Of a DNA stretch of 64,000 nt, positions 8,907 through 17,907 are shown piece by piece. Below the pieces are notes generated by a model, which ran no database searches, was not told the DNA's origin, and worked only from the letters and a program-made list of their open reading frames with translations. This DNA comes from Candidatus Daviesbacteria bacterium (GTDB lineage Bacteria > Patescibacteriota > Microgenomatia > Daviesbacterales > UBA10151): NCBI GenBank assembly GCA_016176465.1, contig JACOXD010000011.1:12318-76317 (forward strand). Direction: 5' to 3'. Position numbers and translations under genes: made by a program. Every line of letters starts with the position of its first letter. The first letter of the stretch is position 1.

Positions 8907-11762
8907 TTAATTTTTCCTAATTATGTTTTCTCCTAAAATATTTACACTGCCTTTATCTAACTTTTCATAAATTTCCTGTTTTTTATTATTAACTATCTTA
9001 TTATCTGCAATTTCATTATTTGATGCGCTCTCAAGTAAATATAATCCTATTTGATTTAAATCTATTGTATTTCCTAAAATTTTATTCATCTTTGATTTTA
9101 TGTAAATACCGCTATTATTATTGCTTAATGAATTCTTGCTTATAAAATTATTATTAGCTTCCCCATACAGATAAACCCCATATTGTGAATTTTTGCTAAT
9201 TTCATTATTTGTAAGTAAGTTCTCAGAAGAATTCTCATTTAGCCTTATACCTCTTTGGTTATCGTAGACTTTATTATTTTTTATTACGTTACTGCTTGAG
9301 TCATATAAAGCTATACCATCTCTATTCCCATAAACTGTATTACTTTCAACAATATTATTATTAGATTTTTTATCAAGCATTATTCCGTGGAGTTTATTAT
9401 TGTAAGAAAGATTATTCTTAATTGTGTTATTAATACACCTTTTAGAAAAAATTATTCCGTGATTTCCATTGTTGTAAGCTCTATTTCCTTCAACCAAAAA
9501 GTAATTTGAATCATCATGAGGATCAAAACCATACTGAATATTTGAGTAAAAATCATTATTTTTCCAAACCATTCCTGTTGCCCCAAAAGTATAGGCTCCA
9601 AAATAGTTATGATGGAATTTAGAATTTTTTACCTCTCCTGTGAGCAGATATTTTTCCCCATCAGCTACTGAGGCTCTCCAGGATATTCCATAAGTAGGAG
9701 CTAGTCTCTCAGGAGGTGCATGATATCCTAAATAAGAAACTTCAGAATCATAAACATCCATTTGAGAGGAAGCTCTTGCTACTATGAAACTTCTTCCATT
9801 TTTATAATTTAAATCTACATCTTTCAAATTTTGATCCCATGAAGTAATTTTTACTCCATTAATTACTACATTTGCGTTGTGAGCTTTTATCCAGACAAAA
9901 TCATTATCAGTACTTAAAAGCTTAAGCCAGCTAACTTCACCCTTATCCACTATTAATCTCGTACCTGTTCCTAAGTACAAGTTTTTCTTAAGCAACCAAA
10001 CTTTAGGCTCAACCTCTTCTATATATTCATCACCTAAGTGGGCTTTGAGTACTGATAAAGTAAGTATATTTCCTCTGCCCGCAACATTTATAGTTTGCTT
10101 TTTTTCATCAAAACTTACCTGGAGAGTAGGAGGGGTCTTTTGTATGAAATTATAATCTTCACTCAAAGAAAAGCTAAAATTAGGCGAAGGGATACTTAGT
10201 CTAATTCCAGAATCCAGAGTATTCCAATTTGGGAAAAACTGTGCGTTTGCAGTATATAAGTCAGCTAATGCAACATTAAATTTTTCAGCTATTGTTGAAA
10301 GAGTCTCCCCACTTTTTACCTCATAGATTTCTATACTGTTTCCCAAATGGCCTGAAGATGTAGAAGTGCCTAAGACTGAGGGACGGGAGGTAAATTTATC
10401 AGATTTATTTTTAGAATAGGCAAGAGTTGAACCAGAACTATTTAAACAACAAGAATTTTTAAACCCGAAGACTAAACTTGTCATAACAAAAATTACCATA
10501 CAAGTAAGAGCGTATGCAGGTAGTTGTTGCAAAAACCTAAATTGAGGTAATCTTGATTTATCCCATCTTGTTATCCAGCTGTGAGTATTTAAAGTAAAAA
10601 AAGCATATATTTTTAAAGATGCACTTATAAAAGTATATAAAATATAAAAAGGTAAGATTAAAATATCATTTGGCCTTCTTTTTAAATGCGGGTAAATTTT
10701 GAGAGCACGTGAGAGAAACCACCAAACAACAATGAGCCCTGCGGCTAAATAAAGTCCAAAATATAAAGATACTAAAAAGTAAATAGGACTTAAAATTATC
10801 ACAAAAGCCTGAATAAATTTATCAATCTGAAAAAAAGCAAATGCTGGGTGCTTGAATGGCCACCCTTGCAAAAGTGCTTTAATATCTGATCTTAGACTAT
10901 TTCTTGTCCATCTCAACCTTTGCTTTAAATAAGATAACATATCCTTCATTCCAGGGGTATAAATCCTGGCATTACTTTGGTATGCAACTTTCCATCCTGC
11001 TTTCAAAACTAAATTAGTAAGTCTCTTATCATCTCCTGATATAACTTTTCTCCCAAAAAAAGTTTCATTCAAAAGGTCATCACACAAAGTTAAAACTACC
11101 TTTTTTCTATAAAAGCCTGTTCTTCCACAAATGCAGGCTATGGCGTCTCCTGCTGCAGCTAAAAATGGAAGCTCATCAAAACATCTAAGATCAAGTTGGA
11201 TGTCAAAAATCCTCTGGGCTAAAGTGCTTGGAGTAAGTACATTTTGTCTGGGACATACACCTGCTACTTTTGGGTCTGCAAAGGGCGAAAGACCGTTTCT
11301 TATAACATCTTTATCCCATAAAGTATCAGAATCAACCAGAGCAATTATTTCCCCTTTTGCTACTCTTATACCATCTACTAAAGCTGCTCTTTTACCTGGA
11401 GTTTTTGTGATTCTTAACTTTGCTTTTTTAAAACTTCTAGCAAATTCTCTAAATACTTTTATTGCTTTTAAGTCTGTATAATCAATTACAGCAATTATCT
11501 CATTAGGATTATTCTCTCTCCATGATAGTAGGGCAGCGCGAAAAGTAACAGGATGCTCATTATACACAGGAGTAACAATTGAAACAGTTGTTTTAAAATA
11601 ATTGGTTTTAGGAATGTAGTATCTACCTACTCCTTTTTTAAAAACCCAAGTTGTCCAGCGCCAAATACCAATTATTCCTAAAGGTAGATAAAAAGAAATT
11701 AAATTTTTATAGCTTTCTAAACTAGATTTAAGATCAGGAATTGAAACTTGAGAGTAGTCCAT
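8907..11762 (-). CDS. Processive GT2 polysaccharide synthase (Alg8/BcsA-like, QRLRW) fused to LysM and AlgG-like right-handed beta-helix C5-epimerase domain
   Basis: VSIVTPVYNEHP, DSDTLWDKD, QRLRWTRN; multiple TM; LysM YEVKSGETLSTIAEKFNVALADLY; beta-helix repeats with DPHD and NNLSYNN motifs. Confidence 0.7.
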   Translation of the reverse strand: MDYSQVSIPDLKSSLESYKNLISFYLPLGIIGIWRWTTWVFKKGVGRYYIPKTNYFKTTVSIVTPVYNEHPVTFRAALLSWRENNPNEIIAVIDYTDLKAIKVFREFARSFKKAKLRITKTPGKRAALVDGIRVAKGEIIALVDSDTLWDKDVIRNGLSPFADPKVAGVCPRQNVLTPSTLAQRIFDIQLDLRCFDELPFLAAAGDAIACICGRTGFYRKKVVLTLCDDLLNETFFGRKVISGDDKRLTNLVLKAGWKVAYQSNARIYTPGMKDMLSYLKQRLRWTRNSLRSDIKALLQGWPFKHPAFAFFQIDKFIQAFVIILSPIYFLVSLYFGLYLAAGLIVVWWFLSRALKIYPHLKRRPNDILILPFYILYTFISASLKIYAFFTLNTHSWITRWDKSRLPQFRFLQQLPAYALTCMVIFVMTSLVFGFKNSCCLNSSGSTLAYSKNKSDKFTSRPSVLGTSTSSGHLGNSIEIYEVKSGETLSTIAEKFNVALADLYTANAQFFPNWNTLDSGIRLSIPSPNFSFSLSEDYNFIQKTPPTLQVSFDEKKQTINVAGRGNILTLSVLKAHLGDEYIEEVEPKVWLLKKNLYLGTGTRLIVDKGEVSWLKLLSTDNDFVWIKAHNANVVINGVKITSWDQNLKDVDLNYKNGRSFIVARASSQMDVYDSEVSYLGYHAPPERLAPTYGISWRASVADGEKYLLTGEVKNSKFHHNYFGAYTFGATGMVWKNNDFYSNIQYGFDPHDDSNYFLVEGNRAYNNGNHGIIFSKRCINNTIKNNLSYNNKLHGIMLDKKSNNNIVESNTVYGNRDGIALYDSSSNVIKNNKVYDNQRGIRLNENSSENLLTNNEISKNSQYGVYLYGEANNNFISKNSLSNNNSGIYIKSKMNKILGNTIDLNQIGLYLLESASNNEIADNKIVNNKKQEIYEKLDKGSVNILGENIIRKN

Positions 11763-12681
11763 TTTGAGAAAGATTTAAGTTTTCTTCTTTAGGAATTTCA
11801 AGAACTACTTCCTCCTCCTTAGTACTCAGTGATTCGTTAATTTTAACAGTTTCTTTAAGTAAAGGAGTTTTTAAATTTAGGTTGGAGGCCCAAGCTAAAA
11901 AAGCCTGAATATCTTTTGGCAAACAAGCTCCATCAAAAGCTCCTAAATCCTTGATTCCATAGTTTGGATTCCACATCCCTTCTGCACTCTTTGCAACTAA
12001 AGGAAAGATGTTTTCAGGATTTAAGCCAAGTTGCTTGCAGATAATTCTCATCTCATTAAAAAAAGTGATTTTTGTGGCATTAAAGATATTGTGGACATAT
12101 TTTTGAATTTCAGCTTCCACTATAGGTATTCTATAAATAGGACAATCGAAGTCTTTATAAATTTCCCTTAGAGTCTCGCCTGATTTTATGTCAAACTCTC
12201 CAATAACTATAACCCAAGGCTTCAGCGTGTCATCTAAAGATGTTTTCTGTCTTAAATATTCAGGGTTCATGCATAAACCTAAGTCCTTTCCAAATTTTTT
12301 GCCTGAATGTTCTTCAATTGTTTTTAAGACAAGACTTTCAGTTGTACCTGGGATAACAGTGCTTCTTACAACTACTAAATGATACTTGGATATTTTTGAT
12401 AACCATTTCCCTAAATCTTTACAGACTGACTTCATTATCCTTAAATCGCTTTTTCCATCTACTGTAGGCGTTGGTACACAAAAAAAAGTTGCATCAAAAT
12501 CGTACTTTTCTGAGGATAATTTATTTACTATTAAAGCTTTATATCCTTCTTTTTTTAAGGTGGAAATAATAGTTGGATTAATATCTGTAAAAACCACACT
12601 TAATCCTTTAGATTGAAGAGCTTTTCCTGTCGCCTGTCCTACTACACCTGAACCTATAATGCAAATCTTAGTATTTTTCAT
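11734..12681 (-). CDS. UDP-glucose/GDP-mannose 6-dehydrogenase family protein (short form lacking canonical C-terminal domain)
   Basis: Rossmann KICIIGSGVVGQATG, VPTP, catalytic Cys motif GACLPKD; only ~75 aa after Cys. Confidence 0.7.
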   Translation of the reverse strand: MKNTKICIIGSGVVGQATGKALQSKGLSVVFTDINPTIISTLKKEGYKALIVNKLSSEKYDFDATFFCVPTPTVDGKSDLRIMKSVCKDLGKWLSKISKYHLVVVRSTVIPGTTESLVLKTIEEHSGKKFGKDLGLCMNPEYLRQKTSLDDTLKPWVIVIGEFDIKSGETLREIYKDFDCPIYRIPIVEAEIQKYVHNIFNATKITFFNEMRIICKQLGLNPENIFPLVAKSAEGMWNPNYGIKDLGAFDGACLPKDIQAFLAWASNLNLKTPLLKETVKINESLSTKEEEVVLEIPKEENLNLSQNGLLSSFNS

Positions 12682-12857
12682 TCTTTATAAATTAAGACTG
12701 GTAAAAAATCCCTATAAACATTCTTATAATGGCTCCTACTAAATGTCAATAGTCCTTTTAAGTATTTATATAAATTCAAAAGTTTTTACCTCTCAAAGAA
12801 AAGCTAATTGACATAGTAGTTTAAATTAAGTTATTTTAGATTTAAGGGATTCCTTTT

Positions 12858-14675
12858 ATGGGATTTATAAGAAAGAATATAATTTATCCTTCTCTCTTAA
12901 GTTTAATAATTATTTTTTTTGCAGTTCAATCTAAAGAAGTGAGAGCAGCAGACTGTGCCTTAAGTAATATCCGCTTTGCAAGCTCTTCAAATACAATTTA
13001 TCTGTCTGGTCCCATAACTTGCAGCCTTTCTCAACTTAAAGCTTTAAAATCCTCTCTACCTTTATATTTAGTAGATGCCAGTAGTAAAACATGGTTGCTT
13101 AAAGCTAATTTAAAACTTGAAGATGGGGCAACTTTAAACCTTTATGGAACAAGTATAGGAGGCGACGTTAATTATTTGCGTTTAAAAAGTAACAATAGTT
13201 CAAGTGCTAACTCCATAGTATGGATTAGAGCTGATTGGGGCAATATAAATATTAAAAATACTAAAATCACCTCTTGGGATGAAGCTAAAAAGTCTCCAGA
13301 TACTGAGTACGGTAAATATAAACGCTCATTTATTCATGTTAGATCATTTCTTGCATCTGATGGTATTACCCCTAAAGAGTCTCGAATGGATATTATTGAC
13401 AGTGAGGTTGGATATTTAGGCTACTACGCGGCTGAATCATATGGTCTTGCATGGAAAGTTTCGGGAAGTGGACCTAATTTATATGACAAGGTTAATGTTT
13501 ATGGGGATGTTATAAATTCTCACATTCACCATAATTACTTTGGTATGTACACATTTGGTGCAGATGCAATGAAGATACAAAATAATGAAGTAGACACTAA
13601 TGTAATGTACGGAATAGACCCTCACGATGATTCTGATAATTTATTAATTGAAGGAAACAGAACTCACCACAATGGTACTCATGGAATAATTTGTTCACAA
13701 AGGTGTAACAATTTAACGATCAGAAACAATAAATCCTACGAAAATAAGGGTACAGGTATAATGCTTCATCGCAACACTAATGATTCTTTGGTAGAAAACA
13801 ATGATCTTTTTGGTAATTCAGATAGTGGTATTGCTATTTTTGATAGTCACGAAAACATAATCCGAGGAAATATTTCCCATGATAATAAAAATGGAATTAG
13901 ATTTAGTGTAGGCAGTTCTGGAAATACAACTGAACTAAATGAGTTTAGCGAAAATGACGGTTATGGCTTATATTTTTATAAAGGGAGCGATGCCCCGACA
14001 AGTGGAACTGGAAGAATAACTGGCAACAAGTTTATAAAAAATAAAGTTATAGATAATGGGGACTACGCTGTTAAATTAAAAGAAGCAGACTTGAATATTT
14101 TTGAGCAAAATGAATTTAAGGGCAATTCAAGAGAGATTAACATTTCAGACAGCAATCAAAATATATTTTTAGGCAATTTATCAGACAGTTTTTACAATGC
14201 TAGCCTTAAAGCTAAAAATACTATTAAAGATACGGATTCAGCTTTAGTAAAAGTCTCAGATTCAGCAAGCAGCATGGAAGTTTTAAGCAGTAGCAATTTT
14301 ATTTTTCAAAATGACAAAAGTCTTCCTACTAGCGCTGAAAATTCTAAAACTTACATAAATTTAACTCGTGCGCTAACCTCTTCAACAGTTAACTTCAAAA
14401 GACTTAATTTTAAAGTAAAGCCCGCTGCCGATAAAGTTGACGTAACAGTATTAACTTGGGAAACATCAAATTCTTTTGGTAAAAAATGGAAGGAAAAAGC
14501 AACTTCTTCTGTTACAGTAGATTATGAAGTTTCAGATTTAAAACCTGATACTAAGGTAGATGTTTTAATAAATGGGAATGTTTTTAACTCCTTTACTTCT
14601 GATTCATCAGGAAAAATTAACTTCACATATGATGGTAATGTACTGGAGCGAACTTTTGAAGTAAAGGAATCTTAA
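12858..14675 (+). CDS. Secreted right-handed beta-helix protein, AlgG-like C5-epimerase paralog
   Basis: Signal peptide; YGIDPHDDSDN and RNNKSYENKGTGIMLH motifs; paralog of C-terminus of 8907-11762. Confidence 0.6.
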   Translation: MGFIRKNIIYPSLLSLIIIFFAVQSKEVRAADCALSNIRFASSSNTIYLSGPITCSLSQLKALKSSLPLYLVDASSKTWLLKANLKLEDGATLNLYGTSIGGDVNYLRLKSNNSSSANSIVWIRADWGNINIKNTKITSWDEAKKSPDTEYGKYKRSFIHVRSFLASDGITPKESRMDIIDSEVGYLGYYAAESYGLAWKVSGSGPNLYDKVNVYGDVINSHIHHNYFGMYTFGADAMKIQNNEVDTNVMYGIDPHDDSDNLLIEGNRTHHNGTHGIICSQRCNNLTIRNNKSYENKGTGIMLHRNTNDSLVENNDLFGNSDSGIAIFDSHENIIRGNISHDNKNGIRFSVGSSGNTTELNEFSENDGYGLYFYKGSDAPTSGTGRITGNKFIKNKVIDNGDYAVKLKEADLNIFEQNEFKGNSREINISDSNQNIFLGNLSDSFYNASLKAKNTIKDTDSALVKVSDSASSMEVLSSSNFIFQNDKSLPTSAENSKTYINLTRALTSSTVNFKRLNFKVKPAADKVDVTVLTWETSNSFGKKWKEKATSSVTVDYEVSDLKPDTKVDVLINGNVFNSFTSDSSGKINFTYDGNVLERTFEVKES

Positions 14676-15700
14676 AGTGAAACTTTAAAAAACTCCAGCG
14701 TTCTTTGTAAAAAAAGATCATGGTTATTAGATAAACCATGATCATCTCCAGGATACCTAAAAAATTCTACTTGTTTCCCCTTTTCCTGTAGTATTTTTAA
14801 AAGCTTTTCTGAAAACTCAATAGGTACTACCTGATCTTTCTCTCCATGGTGAATTTGGATGGGAGCAGTCACAAAATCTACATAATTAATAGCTGATACC
14901 TTATCCCAAAACAGTGGGTTTTCTTTAGGAGTACCAAATTCTTGGGGTAATCTTTGCCTACCAGAATCGCTAGCCCAGATGGGTTTAGTAAACCTCTCTG
15001 GCCAGGAGTAATATAAGTCATAAGCAGATGCTACTACTCCTGCAAATAACACTGCTGCTTTAATATCGCTAGATATAACTAGGGATCGCAGTGTTATTTG
15101 TCCACCCATTGAATGGCCCCACATACCTATTTTTTCTGGGTTGATCAGCGTTAAGGGTGAAGATTGGGTCTTTAACGCTAATTTCTTAATTGAGGCTACC
15201 AAGTTTAAAACATCGTATGTATAGTAAGGTGAATAATGGCCACTTTCATCTCTACCTTCACTATTATCATGACCCCTATAATCTGGCTTTATAACAACAA
15301 ATCCATTTTGTGCATAAAATTTAGCATCATCTTTGTAAGAATTTATTGTTGAATAAGATCTTGGACTGATAAATCCATGGTTTAAAATTATAATAGGAAA
15401 ACCTCCTTCCGGAACCTCTCTCGTGGGAACATTCATTAAAGCAAATAGCCTTAAGTTCTCTGAAGGATAAGCTATTATATAGCTTTTAAACCCATCATAA
15501 TCCCCTACTTTTTCTACTAAATCTATCGCTCCTCCCTCGTAATGCTTTTTTCTCATCTCTTCAATCATTAAAGGGTGAGAGTTAACAGGAAGATTAGAAG
15601 ATGAAGACTTTGAAGTATATAGGCTTTTGCCTATAATTAGGGCGACTAAAATAAATATAACTACTGCTCCCAAAATTAAAATTCCAGACAAGACTTTCAT
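14672..15700 (-). CDS. Alpha/beta hydrolase (prolyl oligopeptidase/esterase-like), membrane anchored
   Basis: GHSMGG nucleophile elbow, C-terminal Asp/His; N-terminal TM. Confidence 0.6.
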   Translation of the reverse strand: MKVLSGILILGAVVIFILVALIIGKSLYTSKSSSSNLPVNSHPLMIEEMRKKHYEGGAIDLVEKVGDYDGFKSYIIAYPSENLRLFALMNVPTREVPEGGFPIIILNHGFISPRSYSTINSYKDDAKFYAQNGFVVIKPDYRGHDNSEGRDESGHYSPYYTYDVLNLVASIKKLALKTQSSPLTLINPEKIGMWGHSMGGQITLRSLVISSDIKAAVLFAGVVASAYDLYYSWPERFTKPIWASDSGRQRLPQEFGTPKENPLFWDKVSAINYVDFVTAPIQIHHGEKDQVVPIEFSEKLLKILQEKGKQVEFFRYPGDDHGLSNNHDLFLQRTLEFFKVSL

Positions 15701-15745
15701 TAAAAAGGGATGTTAGGCTAAAGTGGGAGTAGTTGCAAGCTTACT

Positions 15746-16120
15746 TTAGAGTTCTTGAAGATCTTTATCAACTTCGGTAAACTCTTTATCTACATCTTCG
15801 ATCTCCATGGAAGTTAGCTCATTGATCGTGTCATCACCGTTGCTTTCTGTTTGATTTGTTTGGGAGGGCTTTAAAGTGCCAATATTGGCCATGCTATTAA
15901 TATAAAAATAAGCTCCTCCAGCAATAATCAGTATTAGGGCTAAAAATGCCCCGATAAAAATTAATAGTTTAGTATTTTTGGAGGAACCTCCCCCACTTGC
16001 AATTACTGTTGCTTCAGCGCTGGAGGGACTTTGGGTGGCGGGAGCAACTGGAGTTGGTGGAACTTCTACTTCAGTGGAGGGCTTAACTGGTTGTGGTGGC
16101 GGATTTGTTGATTGCTCCAT
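15746..16120 (-). CDS. Pro-rich single-pass membrane protein, hypothetical
   Basis: 124 aa ORF. Confidence 0.3.
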   Translation of the reverse strand: MEQSTNPPPQPVKPSTEVEVPPTPVAPATQSPSSAEATVIASGGGSSKNTKLLIFIGAFLALILIIAGGAYFYINSMANIGTLKPSQTNQTESNGDDTINELTSMEIEDVDKEFTEVDKDLQEL

Positions 16121-16123
16121 TTT

Positions 16124-16750
16124 TTATTTTTCTGCAGCTATCTTTAACCCCAATCTAATCGCATCTATAATAGCTCTTCTCGCTGCTGTTATTTTTTCTC
16201 TAACTTCCTTTAAATCAGCGCGCAAAGTATTTTTAGCATCAAGCGCATCTTTATTTACAGCACTTTCTGAGGAAACAGTAATAGTATATTCCTCTGCTGC
16301 TTGGCTGGCAACAGCTACTCTAGCATCTGCTATTAAAGTTTCGGCGCTGTCAAAGGATTGTTTTACTTCAAAGTTAGATGTAAGGAGAGGGGCAATTCTT
16401 GGTTTTGCTTCAAACCTTTTAAGCAAGTTTTCCATTGTGGTTAGGTGGCGAGTATAAGCTTTAGTGAGTTTTTGGTTTATCATATTTAGGTTTCTGTTGA
16501 TATTTTCTACTCTTTTGGCCTTGACTTGATCTTTAAAAGTTTTCAATTTGGCTAATAATTTGGCTTCTCTAGAGGCTATATTTTCAATTTTGGTGTTTAG
16601 TTTCTCCTTAAGGTTTTCCTTTTGCTCTATTAATCTATCTATAGCTCTAATCTTATCTCCACTAGGAGTTGAATCTTTTGCATAAACTGGGTACAAAGGG
16701 GTTAAATAAAGAATGGTTGCAGCGGTTAACAGGGCAAGCTTAAATTTCAT
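16124..16750 (-). CDS. Secreted coiled-coil protein, hypothetical
   Basis: Signal peptide MKFKLALLTAATILYLTPLYPVYA, K/E-rich heptads. Confidence 0.35.
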   Translation of the reverse strand: MKFKLALLTAATILYLTPLYPVYAKDSTPSGDKIRAIDRLIEQKENLKEKLNTKIENIASREAKLLAKLKTFKDQVKAKRVENINRNLNMINQKLTKAYTRHLTTMENLLKRFEAKPRIAPLLTSNFEVKQSFDSAETLIADARVAVASQAAEEYTITVSSESAVNKDALDAKNTLRADLKEVREKITAARRAIIDAIRLGLKIAAEK

Positions 16751-16788
16751 TACTAAGTTACTACTTTAAAGAAAAAGATGTAGTTTTG

Positions 16789-17121
16789 TCAACTTTTGCT
16801 TGTAGATAGGATCTCTCTTTTAAAACAGTAAGCACCTATCCAACCACATTCGAAGGCAATTCTACCTACTTCCCTATCAGGGTTACTAAGTAAAAAAAAT
16901 CTGGCTCCTTCTATTCCAGCTTCTGCAGTTATTATTTCATCAGGAGAATATCTATTAGTGTAAAGTCGAGTAGTTAGATCTATCAGTAAGTCTACATGCC
17001 CTTTAATAACGGGATTCTCTAAAAAGGGTGCAGCAAATTCCAATACTTCCTCAGCAAACCAGCCTGCTCTTTCCTGAGCAGGTACTCCCTCCCATTCTTT
17101 ACTGGTATAACCATGAGGCAT
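16789..17121 (-). CDS. Hypothetical protein
   Basis: 110 aa ORF. Confidence 0.3.
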   Translation of the reverse strand: MPHGYTSKEWEGVPAQERAGWFAEEVLEFAAPFLENPVIKGHVDLLIDLTTRLYTNRYSPDEIITAEAGIEGARFFLLSNPDREVGRIAFECGWIGAYCFKREILSTSKS

Positions 17122-17165
17122 AGGCGAAAATATAACACATTTTTGGTAAAATAGGTAGGTGCACT

Positions 17166-17239
17166 GCCCCCATAGCTCAGTGGATTAGAGCAGGGCGGTT
17201 CTAACGCCAAGGTCGGGGGTTCGAATCCCTCTGGGGGTG
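17166..17239 (+). tRNA. tRNA-Arg (anticodon TCT, tentative)
   Basis: D-arm TAGCTCAGTGGATTAGAGC, T-arm GGGGGTTCGAATCCCTC, anticodon loop GTTCTAA; G1-U72 wobble and one stem mismatch. Confidence 0.65.
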
Positions 17240-17297
17240 CTACAAAAAAATTAGTTGGGAAAACTATTACTGTTTGGTTTAGATATGCCTTCACTTT

Positions 17298-17327
17298 AGC
17301 TTTCAACCCCCGGGGTTTCCACATAAA
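17298..17327. repeat. 30-bp GC-core repeat, left copy of inverted pair (partner 23384-23413)
   Basis: agctttcaacccccggggtttccacataaa is the reverse complement of the 23384-23413 copy except for a one-base shift in the C/G core. Confidence 0.6.
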
Positions 17328-17899
17328 TGGGGTTGTGCAGCACATTGAAGCAACCTAGCATCAAAACTATTAATTCCTGATTCTACAAAATTAATACTAC
17401 CTTCTTGTTTCGGTACTCTATTATCATAAATATCTTCTGGCAAACTAATTACTTTTTTAGCAACTAATTTACCCTTATCATTTAACCCAAATATATAAAT
17501 TGTTTGTGGATGGAATGGTCTATCTGAAGTGTCCTCTCTAGCTCTTACTAAATCTCTCTTTCTTGCTCTATCAGTAACCGGTCCTCTTACTTCTAAACTC
17601 AGAATTGGGCTAAGTCCTAACTTTTCATATGCATAAAAAGACCTAGTTGGTTCTCCCAGGAAAGTTAACTTAGGATAATGTTGAAACGCAAGTGATCTTC
17701 TCCCCAAAAATACAGCTTGTTTAGCAAAACCCAGCAGTTCTTCTGGATCATATTCACGTTTATGGTATAAACTGTGCCAAAGGGCTCCAAAAAAGTAAGT
17801 AGCTCTGTTTACTAAAAATGGACGACCTTGGTTAGGTATCTCAATAGCTTGTTCAGTCCTCATAAAATTATTATAGCTCAATAGACTATAGTTGTGCAA
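17303..17899 (-). CDS. Hypothetical protein downstream of dinB
   Basis: 198 aa ORF co-oriented with dinB. Confidence 0.35.
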   Translation of the reverse strand: MHNYSLLSYNNFMRTEQAIEIPNQGRPFLVNRATYFFGALWHSLYHKREYDPEELLGFAKQAVFLGRRSLAFQHYPKLTFLGEPTRSFYAYEKLGLSPILSLEVRGPVTDRARKRDLVRAREDTSDRPFHPQTIYIFGLNDKGKLVAKKVISLPEDIYDNRVPKQEGSINFVESGINSFDARLLQCAAQPHLCGNPGG

Positions 17900-17907
17900 C
17901 TATAGGG

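Noticed and set aside
11131-11481. Antisense ORFs embedded in large genes (e.g. 781-993, 1388-1660, 6032-6388, 11131-11481, 15978-16457, 43319-45817 set, 49414-49662, 61518-62257)
   Set aside because: Entirely contained within the opposite strand of strongly supported genes, low-complexity translations, no motifs; treated as non-coding.
17019-17345. ORF 17019-17345 (108 aa) overlapping tRNA-Arg on the opposite strand
   Set aside because: Fully overlaps a well-formed tRNA and the IR repeat; spurious.
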